The notes: generated from the sequence alone by a model not told the origin. A DNA stretch of 64,000 nucleotides from Callorhinchus milii (GCF_018977255.1 NW_024704742.1:119414001-119478000); one strand, 5' to 3'. Shown: positions 27,271 to 41,911, counted from the stretch's first letter. A program made the numbers and translations.

Positions 27271-30200
27271 CAGTGAATGAGAGATACTTGGTGCTTGTGT
27301 ATAACCAATCAAACATGTTGAAAATGGTGCATATCTTTATTTGCCCATTGTATCTGAATGCTTCTCTGAGAGAGCTATCCACCTAGTCTCATTCTCTTGC
27401 CTTTTTCTATCATTTTTAAAATGTTCTTTTTCAGATACACTATTTATGTAATTCCCTATTGAAAGCTAGTATGGATTTTGCCTCAACCATTGGTCCAGGC
27501 TGGGCTTTCCATTCCCATAATCCTCTTAGTAAAAAGAAACACATCACATGCAGCAGTTCTTTCCAAACAGATAAAAACTTGCTAAACATTGCTTTGTGAG
27601 AAAGTGACATTTTGAAGTTGATTTCTCACATATCCTGAGGTTTATATCTTGGATATTCTGAAAGTATGAGATCAAATGGGTCAAAGGATTTTCTTCATAG
27701 AAACTGATATTGTGATTGAAGAGAGGTTGGGTGAAGAAGATCCCTTTGATCTCATCCTGTCAGGATACCCTCCCTACCATTCTCCTGTTACAGTATTAAT
27801 CTTTACATGTTAGCCTGGCTTAGTCCATAGCATTCTCACCTCTAAGTCAGAAATTCAGGAAAAAAATTAGGAAACGCTGGCCTGCTTCACATCCCCCATT
27901 CTACCTCCCCACCATCAGTGGGTGAGCTTTCAGTTGTTCTTCCTCCGCGCTCCATCCCCTCTCCCTCCCAACTTTCAAAACATGGACTTTGATTGACCGC
28001 ACTTTCAGTCATTTTTTTCCCTCCCCACCCTCTTCAGCATGATGTTTTACAGTAAATACTGATACAGTATGATGATGCAATGCACTTTGAGAAAACCTCC
28101 TGACGTGAAAGTAGCTATATCAAATGCGAGGATTATTAATTATTATTATATTAATCTGTTAAATGAGTCTAGCATTCTAGCTTCTATCAACCTTCTGAGT
28201 AACACATTTCAGCTATCGATTATCCTCTGTATAATGAAATATTTCCTAGTGCCTACCCTGGTGCTCCTTTTAAATTGATTGTTCTGGGTTTACTTTCTTT
28301 AATCCAGTCGCTGTTCTTATACATCTCCAAAAGACTTCACTTTTCAAAGCTGAAGAGCCTTAGTTTATCTGGTCTTTCCACACAGTTTTTCCTAACACTG
28401 GAATTCAGCCTTGTTGTTGTCTTCTATTTTCTAAATTGATTCTATTGACAGGATCTGGATTGTGCACATAAACTTACTCAAGAATCTAGGCAGGACTTGT
28501 GGATTAGTTAAAACATCACACATTAGAAGAATCTGCATTTTTATAACATCTTATCACTTTAAAACTTCTGAAAGCACTTTACGGTAATCGTTGCCAAGTG
28601 TTATGATTGTTTTAATCGCAAATGTGGCAGCCATTTAGTGATGGGTCTCTGTGTGTGTCAGATACTTAGTAGACCAAAGAAACCCCCAGCAAAGAAAACA
28701 AGATCAGCAAAGCAGAACCTTGGTTTAATGCCTGATCTGAAGAATGGCACCTCTAAAAACACAATGCACCCCGGCACTGCACTGGAGTGTCAGACTAGAT
28801 TATCAGCACCAAGTCCCAACATGTCCCAAGTCTCAAAGGTAAGAGTGCTACCTACCAACTCATGTTAGATCACTTCAGAGCACAGTTCTTGTGAGTAGGT
28901 GTGATAATACAAAGAGCACTTTACATCCTGAGGCTTTTTCCCCCCAGAACACATAGTACTCACCCTGCAGGTTTTCTTTTCAAGTGCTATATAACATCTG
29001 TTTGATGATTAGAGATATCCGAAGACGCAAAAGTCTCCAACAATTCAATCAGAATTCCAGCAAATCTATTCCTATTTTCAGTGGAAAAATCATCAGAATA
29101 ATTCAAGCCATTTCCCTTCAGAAAGTATAGGAGATCTGGGAATGATCCTGACACTTGAACTCTCAGTCTGGCTCCAGCTAGCTGATGTTGCATTTTGTAC
29201 GTTGCACAACATTACAAAATTTCCTTGGCTTCACCGCAGGATAAGTGCCAAGACCAAAAACTAGCACAGCAACATCTATTCTCTGAGTACACTTCATCAT
29301 TTCTTAAACTTTAAAAAACAAGCAATGGACATCAGGGCGAATCACTTTACATACATTAAGTCTCTGTCCATTTCCAACAATCTATCTCTGGGATTTTCAT
29401 GTGTTGGTATTGTGGGATGCATGGAAATCTCAGTTTGATTTGGATACTCTTAAGCATGGTGATGGGTTTCTGCATGTGTCAGACACATTTCTGTGAAGCG
29501 TTTCAAGACCCTCACCTATGTGAAAGATGCTGTATGACTACAAATTTTGGTTGTTCACAAAGAGGATCAGTGAGTAGGCCATGGGGGTGGGTGGTCCTTT
29601 CTCCTGCCAGTTGGGTTGTGGTTATGTGGCAGAGCAAGCCCAGTGCTGTGTACAGGCATATAGACTCAGGAGCAGAACATTACAACTACGTGGCAAAGCT
29701 CCCCTTTTAGCAACCATCTGAAATAACTGAATATCAACATGGAAAATACATGAAGTGCAGCATCATTGTGTAGTGACGTTATTGGCATTGACTCCTCCAT
29801 TGGCTTTTTCCATTTTGGAGAAGTCAGAATCATACCACCACTGAGACTTATTTATATAGCGTCAGGGGAACATATAAAAGCACCCTAACGGGCTGATCGA
29901 TACCCCCAAGCTGGGGGGGGGGGAGGGGGGAGCTTGGGGGGAAGACAAGCGGGGAAACAGCTTCAAAAAAGGAGAGAAAATTGGGAGGAAAAATTCAGAT
30001 TTTGTTTCCAAAAGAAGCTAAAGTTTTTATTAATATTAAATCTTTTTTAAGGAATCTACGCATTCGCTTGATGCAGATGCACAGAGCTCCACTTCATACT
30101 GAGCCTGGGAGGATAATGATAATAATAAAAACCCTTGCGTTTGATATAGCGCCTTATCACATCATTGAGACGTCTCAAAGCACTTTACAAAATACACTGT

Positions 30201-31373
30201 AAAGTGAATTGACTGTATATTTTGCAGGCGAAACACGGCAACCAATTGCACACAGCAGTGTTGCACAAACAGTCGTGGATTGAGTGACCAAATTATTATT
30301 ATTTCTGAAAGGGATTATTACCAGCGGAAAACTGATTTGCTAATCGACTAACAAGTGGGTGGTTGTTAGTCATGGAGATGTGGAGCCAAATGGTGTAAAT
30401 CCAGTCTGTCAGCGGTGTCTACTGCAACACTGTGTTGAATTAGTGCTTGTGGTAATAACTATGACAGTGGGATTGAAAATGCAGCATTTGGAAACCAGAA
30501 GCCACTGCGCTAATAGCAACTCTCAGTTGGGGACTAACATAGGAGAAGGGATTGACTTACAAATTCTCCTTCAAATAAACACGAACGTCAAAATCTTGAT
30601 GGCCGCTGGCCACTTTGCGGTGGATGATTTGCTTTTCTGATTCTTCGTTGTCCGAGAAACAGTCTAAAAACAGAGCCCTGTCTGCGAGCGTGACTTCTGG
30701 TTCACGGTGCCTGCATTTTTAACTCCAATATGAATGTTTTTTCTACTGCTTCATATGTTTGTCTGTGTTTGACTTCTGCAAAAGGAAAGTACAACTCCTG
30801 TCTATTAGTCACCACAGAAATCCCCGGAAATGTCCGATGATACAGACTCAATGTGAGCTGCCTACGGCTTTGCTGTCCTTTACAATGTGAAGTAATACAT
30901 TCCAGACAGTTAAACCCTTAGAAAAATCTATATGTCCAAAAATGTTCTGAATTAATCGAAGTCAGATAAATTCATATCGATCAGGATTTCTAATTCAATT
31001 GCGCAGTCTCCCTGGTGAATACTAAATATAACAAGGACTTATTTGTTTGACAGCAAGGGCAGGCTGGGTCACTGAGTTGTTGCATGAAGTCAATAACCCA
31101 TTAGCAGAATTGATACAATAAGGATTTCTGTCACTAATAGTGAATTGCTCCTTTAATAGATGACAATTGAAACCCTGTTCCACATTAACATGTAAGGGAG
31201 ATTCTTCTGGTGTCCCAGCCAACAAACCCCCCAAATAAAATTGGTCATTCACTTCATTACTGTTTGTAGGACATTGCTGTGCAAACTGGCAGCTGCGTTC
31301 GCTTATAAAATACAGTCACACTATATCCTGTGAGGCACTTTGAGATGTCCTCCTGACATGAAATATGTTATAT

Positions 31374-31692
31374 TAATAATAATAATAATCCTTGCATTTG
31401 ATATAGCGCTCTTCACGTCAGGAGGACGTCTCAAAGCGCTTCACAGAACACACTGTAAAGTGAATTGACTGTATATTTGTGGGCGAACGCGGCAGCCAAT
31501 TGCGCACAGCAATGTCCCACAAACAGTCTTAGATTGAAAATGACCAATTTACTTATTGTTTTTGGTTTTTGGAGGGATTATTATTAGGCGCGTGGCGTAA
31601 GAAAACTTGCCCAAGGTTTTGCCCTGCGTGGAATTGAACTCAGGTCTCTCACTTGCAAAGCGAGTGCTCTAGCCACTGAGCTACAGGACTCC
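31374..31692 (-). mobile_element. tRNA SINE, short form, inserted in the tail of an older + strand SINE (~31170-31373)
   Basis: Complete copy; the host tail resumes after 31692. Confidence 0.9.
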
Positions 31693-33009
31693 ACAATGTA
31701 ATGTAATGTAATGTAAATGTAATGATTCTTATTATTAATATTATTATTATTATTACTACTACAACATCATACCTTCTATTGAAGATAAAATTTATCTTTT
31801 ATTGAAGGGACTTCAACTGTTTAACAACTGTTACATTCATGGGAACATAAGCAACTTCTGCCTTTCCTATGTTAGGAGTTTGTCACCTCTCCAGGCATCT
31901 CATGATGAAAGCTATTCGATTTTGGAGCGCCTGCAGACAGCACCTCGGTTTAATAGTCTCATCTGAAGGACGGATGTATTGAAACAAATGACACAGTGAT
32001 GCCAGGTGCATCGCTCACACACAAATACTTTCAGAGTTTTCCGATCGTGGCTACTGAGCCAGGAAAATCCCAGGGAGTATAGTGAGCTGATGTTCAGATG
32101 CATCCACCAGTCTCTGCTGCCCTTATTTTAGTAGTAACGATTGAGAAAATAATACTTGAATGTGGTGCACCTCTAGAAGTCATGACAGGAGAAGCGCACT
32201 GGACTGTCAGTATCTTGGCATTGTGCTCCATTGCTGCAGTATAAAAGTGCTTTCAAAGTACCTAGAGACAGAATAGCCGTTCAGTGCTGTTGGTCATTGA
32301 TTTTGTGAAATTAAATCTTACTCCACCTTCCATCAAAAGAAATCCAGTTACTTCAGTTCCTGTGATGGTGCTTCCAGTCACCTCCACCCCCACCTCCCCC
32401 TCCTCAGCTCATCACATTCCCCCATCACTGTATGAAGTGTTTTGGGATGTCCTTCCAACATAAAAGATGCAATAGGAATATAAATTGTTATTAATACGTT
32501 GTTAAAATATAGTAAAGGGCTTCTACTGTTTAACAGGTGCTGTTTCTCCTGTGTCAGCATCTGACACAGGAGATTTTGTTAAACTACGGAAATGTAGAAT
32601 TACATAGAATGATACAGCACAGTAACAGATCATTCGGCCTAGTCCTCGCCGGCGTTTATACTGCACACAAGCCTGCCTTTGTTGGGGGTCTGTTCCACAT
32701 CCATGATCCACTGCTCTGTGGGGGAAAGAAAAGTGCAAATATCTAGTTCTCTTTTGGGATTTTGAATTTTAATCTTCTCTCAGGGTCTGCATTTACAGTT
32801 CAAGTCAAATATTCCAACCCAAATCATGTGCAAACAAAAGTCCACTTAAGTTTGTGATGATAGGCAATGACAATGTGATACATTTAGATTTGGGGTTTCC
32901 AGGAGAGGTCTCTGAAGTAACACTTTTTTTTAGCAACACGATTTGTTTCTTTGTGCCAGTTGTTCTCTCCTTCCTTTCTACTCTTATGAAGCTATTCCCC
33001 TCCTCCTTC

Positions 33010-33410
33010 TACTGGGTGCCTTCCTGTAGCTCGATCAAGCAGCCATTCCTAATGTGTGAGTCTTGACAGTGAGTACTGTCGGTCTATTCAACCATTGAGA
33101 TCAAATGGGCCAAAGGATCTTCCCCATCCAAACTAATCTTGTGATCTTGTAAGAACCATATGCTTGATCTTATCCTCACTCAACCAACGTGAACCTCTAG
33201 AGGTCTCCGGTTATTAAGCAGAGTGGGAACCTCAACTAATTTTCTCCTCTCTAACCCAGTGCGCTGAGGCCAAAGGTAGCACCCTGACTACAGCTCAGTG
33301 TGAAATCAGATAACTCAGCACAGACCAGGAATTGAACTTACAACCTTCTGACTTGTTCTTATTCTGCACTCGCTACCAGGTAGTGCCTTTGTTCACTTGG
33401 CACTAGGGCA
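33010..33410 (-). mobile_element. Ancient tRNA SINE of a third family (AmnSINE2-like from recall), interrupted by a CR1 tail at 33097-33152
   Basis: Homologous to the split copy at 39485-39585 plus 39920-40090. Confidence 0.55.
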
Positions 33411-34211
33411 GAGGCAACAAGATTTGATAGAGATGAGAAGCTTTCTCTCTGACTTTATGAACGGATATCTATAATAGATGGACTTAGGTCTAAACCACAG
33501 TACTGGTTCCCAGTAATCATGACAACCTTATCAATAAAATTTGCAGAGCACTGATTCTCAAAAGAAACTCTAGACTGTAAAACCTCTGGGTTTAACAAAT
33601 ATTTAGAAAAAGCTATCAGTGATTTGCTTAAATTGTTAAACTATTGATGTTTGAACTATTTTATAGACAATATAAAATCTGTCTGGCTTGAAATTGGATA
33701 GAGAGCAGGGCGTGTGAAAACGCTGTGTGATTGACCCATTCCAGTTATTCATAAAGACCCTATTCAGCACCAATGTAGGTTCAGTACAATTATTGGTTTC
33801 TGAAGATGATCTTCCATTGGACTGCCAGCTGGGTGGTGAGTACATTGATAGAGACTTTCTATATCAGTGCACTCCTACAAGTAAGTAAAAGGTAGCACGG
33901 CTCCACTGATATGTAAGCCAGCGTAAAACTCTTGGTGTTCTTTTATAATCCTTCTATACCAGTTGGCCACCACTGTTCTATACACAGTGAAGACAGGTTT
34001 AAATGCAATCAGGTTTTTCTGTGATATTTATTACCGTGTGAAGAGTTCCAGAAGAACATTGGAAAAGAAATGGAACATTCCCTTCTTCCTAAATCATACT
34101 GCCTTTGTCCCAGTTCGCATTAAGAGGCCATGTTGCTGACCCCATTCCTCCACACAAATATACATTCACACATATGCTCTCAGGACATTACTCAGAGACT
34201 ATTAGGACTGC

Positions 34212-34846
34212 GGAGTCTTGTAGCGTTTTTGGTTAGAGTGCTCGCCTCACAAGTGAGAGGACCTGGGTTCAATTCCCTGGCAGGGTGAATTGTTAGGCAA
34301 GTTTCATTACTCCACATATCTTTGTATATCTAGGTGTGAGTAGGAATACGGTTGTTGATCGATTGGTGAATCGCTTTCTTGGCGGTAATAATTCCTTAAA
34401 AATAAATGTGGTCACTCAATCCACGAATGTTTGTGGGACACTACTGTGCACAATTGGCTTCCACGTTTCGCCCACAAACTTTACAGTCAATTCACTTTAC
34501 AATATATTCTGTGAAGCGCTTTGAGACGTCTCAAAGACGTGATAAAGCGCTGTATCGAATGCAAGGATTATCATTATTACCTTCACTGAATATGAAGGTA
34601 GGGTGAAACCTTGGGCAAGTTTCCTTACTCCATATGCCTAATAATAATCCCTCAAGAAAAAAAACAACAATAAATTGGTCACTTCAATCCACAACTGTTT
34701 GTGGGATACCTCTGTGCACAATTGCCTGCAGCGTTTCGCCCACAAATATACAGTCAATTCACTTTACAGTATATTCTGTGAAGCGCTTTTAGACGTCTAG
34801 AAGATGTGAAAAGCGCTATATCAAATGCAAGAATTATTATTATGAT
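34212..34846 (+). mobile_element. Tandem SINEs: long form (34212-34579) then truncated short form (34600-34846)
   Basis: Two successive copies, each with an (ATT)n tail. Confidence 0.9.
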
Positions 34847-37800
34847 TCTATCTGATTTTCTGTGTAAGCAGTATCTCTTCATATTGGTTAAAAACAAATA
34901 TAAAACCCTTCTATGTCATGTAGTACTTAAAATAAATCACAAAAGTAATAGTTTTTTAAGTGTAGTGACTGTCATTGTGTAGCCAAACTTGGCTGCAAAT
35001 TTGCACCAGCGACATCCCTCAAACAACAAGATGAGTCACTGGTGACTCTGTTTTGGATTAATTTCATGTTCGTCTACAAAATACACAGTCACTCCACTCT
35101 ACAGTGCATCCTGTAAAGTGCTTTGAGACGGACTCCCTCCTCACCATCCACCCGACATGAAAAGTTCTATATCAAATGCGATGTTCCAACATTCCATTCC
35201 AACAAACATCTCTATCATTTCCATGTGTAGGTGTGGATACTCTTAATCATAGTGATAGGTTTCCGCTCATGTCAGACACCCAGCTGACACCCCAAAAATG
35301 CAAGGATTTTTTCTTCATTCAATTGATAGCATTCTCGCTTCTTGGTCAGTGGGTTCAAGATCCACGTCAGGCCTGGAGCTCATATTCTAGGCTGATGTTA
35401 ACAATTCGTATATGGGACAATTGTTAACTCTTCATTCACACACTCAACAGAGGCTGACAGTCAATGATGCCTCTTCCAAAGTGGCTAGGAATTGTGTTTG
35501 CAAAATTGTGAAAACTGAGATCATGAAAGTTGAAGTGGAAAATAAATTATTGGATTGTTATATCATAGAATTGTAAACACTCAGAAAATGCCTAATTAAT
35601 GGGTGTTTATCCAAATCCCTGACTGTTCAGCACCTTGGGACGTCCTACCAACGTGACAGGCTCTATATAAAATGTAATTTTGTATTTAGTATTTCTGTAT
35701 TTATGATATAAAAGGAACCGAAGGGAGATACAATGCACAATTCACTCGTGGTGAAGTTTGTGCTGAGTATTGCATTTATAATAGGCCATCCCATAAGGAG
35801 CATATGGTGAAAACGTTGCTAACAGCTGTTTGGCGAACAGCCCATGATAACATATATGCTACAGAATAGAAGGTAGATCTGTTGCACGTGAGGTGCCGAG
35901 CGTTAAGTAATGGCAAAAATGCACCATCTACTTGTTCAGCTAGACCTGCCCTGTACATTCAGGTTGAGGACAGGTCTAAACCTCCAACTCTCATTGATAT
36001 GAGCTGCATGATAGGTCCCTTTGACAGGTGTATCTCCTCAGCTAGTTCAGCCCGAGTATTTACATCAGCACTTGCCTCCCCAGAAGCATATTTTAATGAC
36101 GTTACTTATTTTGTTAGGCACAAAGATTAATTAGTTATTCCCTTCAAGGCTGTTATTGAGATATTTGCCTGTGTGCAAATTGGCTGCGATTGGGAGGACG
36201 TGTGCTTCACACGATATACTGTAAAATGCAGTGAGTGTATATTTCGTGGGTGAATGCATGGATGTGGGGATAGAAAGGATAGTTGAGGGTCAAACAAGAC
36301 GCCAATGGTTCCATACTAGCTTAGTAAGGTGGAGTGTTCAACCATGGATGGTGATGCTGTCAGTGCCTGAGGTGTGGAGGCACTGACGGGAGCCAATCAC
36401 AAACAGCCATGAAGTGAATGATCAATTTTATCTGAGAAACACAAAAAGAAACTCTCTTTTTGAATAGTGCCACCTGAATAGGCAGAAGAGAACTCAGTTT
36501 AACGTCTCATCTGAAGGATGGCATCGCTGACAATGCAACACCCCTCCCCTCCCCCTAGCACTGCAAACATAACAGCATCTAAAAGGGAACTGGATAAGAA
36601 TTTGAGAAAAAAATACATTAAAGATTGCAACAAGTTGGGGAATCAGATGAGAGTAGATCTCTCCCAGGCCGAATGGCCTCCTTTTGTGCTCTAGTCTAAA
36701 CAATCTACACAATCAGAACAATAGTTTTAACTGGTTGGTAATGAGAAGACAGCCACGCCTTTGCTCCTCATTGCCCATCAGCTGACAGGCTGTGAGTGTT
36801 GGAAGCTTGTGGTGTCAGGTTTCACATTTTGCTTCGGAATAGATTTTGCCGCAACAGCAAAACTGAAAGACTTGGCTCAAAAGCTGTTCCGCTCAATTGG
36901 GTAAAATTACTCTTGCAACAGGGTGGATTGTGCTACCACTTCCAGTTTTAGGCGGCGAGTCAGTTGCTGATCCTGTATGTATGTTGCCCTTCGAGTCGTG
37001 CAAACTGTGCAACTCTGTTATTTGATGCTCATCTGTCACACGAGAAGCTGTCACCAGAAAGTTCCAATAAGGGGCATTGGGTTCACACTGCGCCAAGTGC
37101 TCCACCGCACCAAACGTCATGTGCCTCAGCACTTCACAATGCAGTCGGGCGGATTGCTGAACTTCCTGAGGAATTCGTTCAGTTTCAGAGATTGAAGGAA
37201 AACTTGACTTGTACTGTAAAGTCGCAGAGATCACAGAGAAGAATGAAATTCAGATTCTTTTTGGGTCAGTCGGGTGTCTGACATGTGCGGAATTCAGACA
37301 CAGCAGTAATAATCTCAGACCCTGCTCTCAGCTCAATCCCATCACTCTGCGTCCTGCCCACTCACTCTGCTCCCAGCCCGACCCCATTCACCCTACTCCC
37401 AGCCTGACCTCATTGCTCCCAACCCCAGTGGAACTCCCTACCCGAAGTTACCCCATATGAAGGGCGCGATATAAATGCAAGTTGTTATTCCCTTTTGCTG
37501 AGGGCTTTAGTAGAATTGGCAGCTGTTGCACCAATGGTAGTGACTGCAGTCTGACCATTTCGGATCGAAGCCGAGTGATTCTGAGGCCAGTCTGAGAAAG
37601 GCCGAAGTGAAGCTGTAACCCCAATTGACAAGCCCGCTGCCGCTTGAAATCATTCCCTATGAAGGAGTCCAATGGGTTTTGACCAAATTGTCTTCAGGTG
37701 GGGTCCCATCAATCATGGCTCCCCCTTATTCAGCCAAAAATCGCTGCTCTCAGATTTCTCTGTGGTGCCAGCACTGATCCTCTGAGCACAATATTGTGTT

Positions 37801-38438
37801 CCAGACTATTGTGTGCGAAAGATCAAATACACTTTGCCTCAGTTCTTAGAATCAATTCAGTGCTCAAATGAATACTTTCAGCTGTATCTTGCTTACTGAC
37901 CGGAGGCTTTAACAAGTTAAGTGAAGTTATAATTGGTTAATGGATGGCCCAGTCATTGAAGTGAGCTCTTGTCAAGCTGCCATAGCAGACTGCGTGTCTC
38001 CTTGTGGGGGTTAGAGACAGGGCTCTCATATGTAGATAGAAACAAAAGGGGACATTATGCTTAATTACTGCTCTGACAGTGCTCTAAATCCAATATCATC
38101 TTGAGAGATCTTTCTCTGTCTCGTAATGAATGTGTGCCTATGAAATATGAGCAAGTTTGAGTTGCCTCCTTGCACTTACCCACATGCTTACAGGCCCATT
38201 TATTATCTCTGTTTATTTATTAAGCTGATGATATCACTAATGCTGTTTCTTCACTGTTTGGGGAAATAGCTGAGGACAAGGAATAATTATTTTGATCTGA
38301 AAGTTCCTATGGGAATGTTTTCCCCATTTGTGAAAAACACATGTCACGTTCCAACGCATGAAAATCCAGTGTGAAGGTGTTCAGCTAAGTCAACAAAACT
38401 CCGTATAAAATCTTGGGTGCTCTGAGGTGGAAAGCATT

Positions 38439-38800
38439 TAATAATAATAATCCTTGCATTTGATATCATGCCTTATCACGTCTTTGAGACGTCTCAAAGC
38501 GCTTCACAGAATATACTGTAAAGTGAATTGACTTTATATTTTGTGGGCGAAACGTGGCAGCCAATCGTGCACAGCAGTGTCCCACAAACAGTCGTGGATT
38601 GAAGTGACCGATTTATTATTTTTTTAAGGAATTATTACCCCTGGAAAAGTGATCCACCAATCGACTAACAACTGGGTTCCTACTCACTGCTAGGTGAATA
38701 GGGGCGTGTGGAGCAAGGAAACTTGCCCAACATTTCGCCCTTCCGGGAATTGAACCCAGTTCTCTTGAGAGGCGAGTGCTCTAACTACTAAGATACAGAG
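38439..38800 (-). mobile_element. tRNA SINE, long form
   Basis: Homologous to 13377-13734. Confidence 0.9.
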
Positions 38801-39585
38801 ATTCAAAGCCACACAGATGATGTTCGTAAGACTTGGTTGGAACAAGCATCCGTACCTCCAGTACTCACATCAGGGAGACTCTATCACACAGTCATTTATC
38901 AGAGGCTAAATACAGTCCATTCCTGGACTCATGTGATTGAAGAACGACACTGAACTCTGTTTAATTCCACCAAATGAGAGGGTTCTGGGTGAAGTGGATG
39001 AAAAGTGACAGGGAGAGGTTTGCCAGTGTCACAGTCAGCAATTTTCACATTGCTTTCACGACTAGAAAGCTTTTCAACTTCAAAGACACTTTGCTTTGAT
39101 TCTCTTATAAATGCTTTCAGCTTCACATATTTTTCTAAATGAAGCAACAGTAAAAAGAGGAGAGGAGCAGAGAGTGCGTGTCATCTTCATACTTTCACTA
39201 ATAATTTCATCTGTATGAAATGTGATCAATAAATTTTACTGGATTATTGCGCGTGGAGATAAATTGGTCACTCACTTCACAGCTGTTTGTGGAACATTGC
39301 TAAGTGCAAATTGGTTGTTCTGTTGTTCATCTCCAAATGAAGTCAGTACAATTTACAGCAATTACCTGTGAAGCGTTTGAGATGTTTTGCAGTTATTATA
39401 TCAAATGTAAGGATTATTATTGTTATTAACATACTCATGAATTATGCTAATTGTATTATTTCAAATCAATTCACAATGTGCCTTCAGCTCCCTGATGACT
39501 CAGTAAAGTTGTTGCCTTGTGCAGCATTAGACCTTATTGAGCAGGAGGTCACAGGTTTGATCCTTGGTATCTGCTGGGATAGTTG

Positions 39586-39880
39586 ACAATAATATCCTTC
39601 GATTTAATATAGCACCTTATCCCTTATCATGTCATCCTGTGACTGTATTTTGTAGGTTAACGCAGCAAATGCAGTTTGAGCACAGCAATATCCCACAAAC
39701 ATTCATGAAGTGAACGATCAATTTATCTGGAGGATTGTCAGCTAGGACATTGGCAAAACCTCCCTTCTCTTTTCGAGTAGTGTCTCGGGATCTTTAATGT
39801 CCATCTGAACAGGGACCAATGTGACCTTAGTTTAACATCTCATCTGAAGGTTGTCAGTTCTGACAATACAGTGCAACATG
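39586..39880 (-). mobile_element. Deu-type SINE nested inside the ancient third-family SINE
   Basis: Deu core on the minus strand; host head at 39485-39585 and host body at 39920-40090. Confidence 0.7.
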
Positions 39881-40140
39881 AGCAAATAGTGCATACCAAT
39901 GTATGCTACGATTTACCTCAATGCCCCTGGGACAGGGAGGGGAAAACCAGCCAGAGTTCTGCTCCTGATTTCTATCCAGGTTCCCATGTGGATGTTGTGT
40001 GAGGATCAGATCAGGCTCAGTTGTGGGCTGCTACGGTTGCCAACAATTAAACAGTGACTACACTTGACAGAGATTTTACCCATGAAGAGTTTTATGATTT
40101 ATTGATATTGTAGGCGTTACATCAAATTAATTCAAATAGA

Positions 40141-40447
40141 GGAGTCCTATAGCTCAGTGGTTAGAGCACTCACCGTGCAAGCGAGACACCTGGGTTCCAG
40201 GCAAGGCGAAAACTTGGGCAAGTTTCCTTACTCCACACACCTAATACTAATCCCTCCAAAACAAAGCAATAATAACTTGGTCATTTTCAATCCACGACTG
40301 TTTGTGGGACACTGCTGTGCGCAATTGGCTGCCGCATTTCGCCCACAAATATACGGTCAATTCACTTTACAGCATATTCTGTGAAGCGCTTTGAGACATC
40401 GAGAAGACGTGAAAAGCGCTATGTTAAATGCAAGGATTATCATTATT
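40141..40447 (+). mobile_element. tRNA SINE, short form
   Basis: GGAGTCCTATAGCTCAGTGGTTAGAGC head through the tail. Confidence 0.92.
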
Positions 40448-41911
40448 TAATTAAGGATTATTTTTAAAACGTAATATGTTATTGAAATTGTTTGATATCA
40501 CTGAGAATCTGCTGCTTTGTTTACTCATTGAATACAACCACCCACACCCCCTCTCACTGATTGAATAGCCTGTCAATACTCATTGCGAAACCTACTAATG
40601 AATAATAATGTTTTAGGCAAAGTACAAAAGGATGACTGACCCCTGTAGACCAGTATCCCAAAAGCAGGGTAAAAGAGAAGAGCAGAAGAAAGCACATTTT
40701 TGGAGAGAAAGAATGTGTCTTCCTATAGTACAGCTCAGAAACAATAAATATCTGCTTACACACAACACCGCAAAAAAACACTGTTACTGCAGGAATTGTA
40801 TTAATCTGAACTGTCTGTATCAATGGTAACCACAAAATGCTAATACCATTAACTCTCCGAATGCCATCATTTTTGACAAGTCCACAAGATATTTCAAAGA
40901 AAGGTTGTAAATTTCCTTATGTTGAATACTATTTTTGCTTCTATAACCAGACATTTTCACCGTAAGACAAATAGGAACATATGAACAGGAGTAGGCATTC
41001 ATCCCTTCGAGTCTGTTCCAATATTTAATTAGATGATGGCTGATCTGTACCTCAACTAAACCTACACTAATCCTAATAACAGGCTAGAGAAATAATTAAG
41101 CAAAAAAAATTGCATAAGATCAATACATCGATACACCTACATCGCCTTCTGTCCTCTGACAGCAGAGCCTGAGGGAAATAAATCATGGAATGAAAATAAC
41201 AATTAAAAACAAACCGTCACAGCTAAAAAGACATGAGAGCTGCTGAGTGATATCACAAGATAGGATCACAAGATGAAGAAGGCTTTCTGACTCACTTGAT
41301 ATCTCATCCTTCCTGGATATTTATTTTACCGTCATCCCAATACAGTATCCAACTATATTATTTGATGAGTGCAGTGTCCTAGCCTCTATCATCCTTCCAG
41401 GCCTGAAGGGCCCAAGCTCACCTTGACTCGAAAAGAAAAATATCAAATTTACTCAGACGAGAATGTTTGTTTTGCTGTGGCTTTCTAACCTCAATGTTCA
41501 GAGAATTCAGGCATCTATAAGGTGTCATGACATTTTAATTCAGTAATCGAAGCCTAGCAGCAATGATGGCTTTCTTTCACCGGTGTGAAAGGTCAGTTTA
41601 GGTGGTTAAAACATCAACACCACCAACACATCAGTGTATTGGTGTTCCAGCTAACAAACAGTGCTGCTTTTGAAAACCTCAACACCCACTCACATTTCAG
41701 CATTAGTACTTAACGGTAGTTAGTGATAACCAAGTGGTGTTTTTATTTCTACTAAGATTGTAAGTATCTTCTCTAAGTTTGGTAAGTTATTGCCAGCTCA
41801 TTGGTTGAGGGAACAGCGGGACAATTTGTACCCAGGACTCAGCTCTGAACCATCCAGCTGGGCTTGAGCTCATAATAACGATAATCCTTACATTTGATAT
41901 CGGGCCTTTCA

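Noticed and set aside
27652..27790. Inverted repeat as a structured RNA
   Set aside because: Two diverged CR1 tails lying tail to tail; pairing is poor.
28987..29260. 68-aa minus-strand ORF as a coding exon
   Set aside because: The plus strand reads DLGMIL..ELS..AFCTLHNIT, resembling a very old L2 RT C-terminal fragment.
38929..39147. NVKIAD kinase-like motif in a 72-aa ORF
   Set aside because: No DFG or other kinase motifs and no compatible neighbouring exons.
40141..40210. tRNA genes
   Set aside because: The tRNA-like sequences are SINE heads continuing into SINE bodies; no complete cloverleaf with a terminator is visible.
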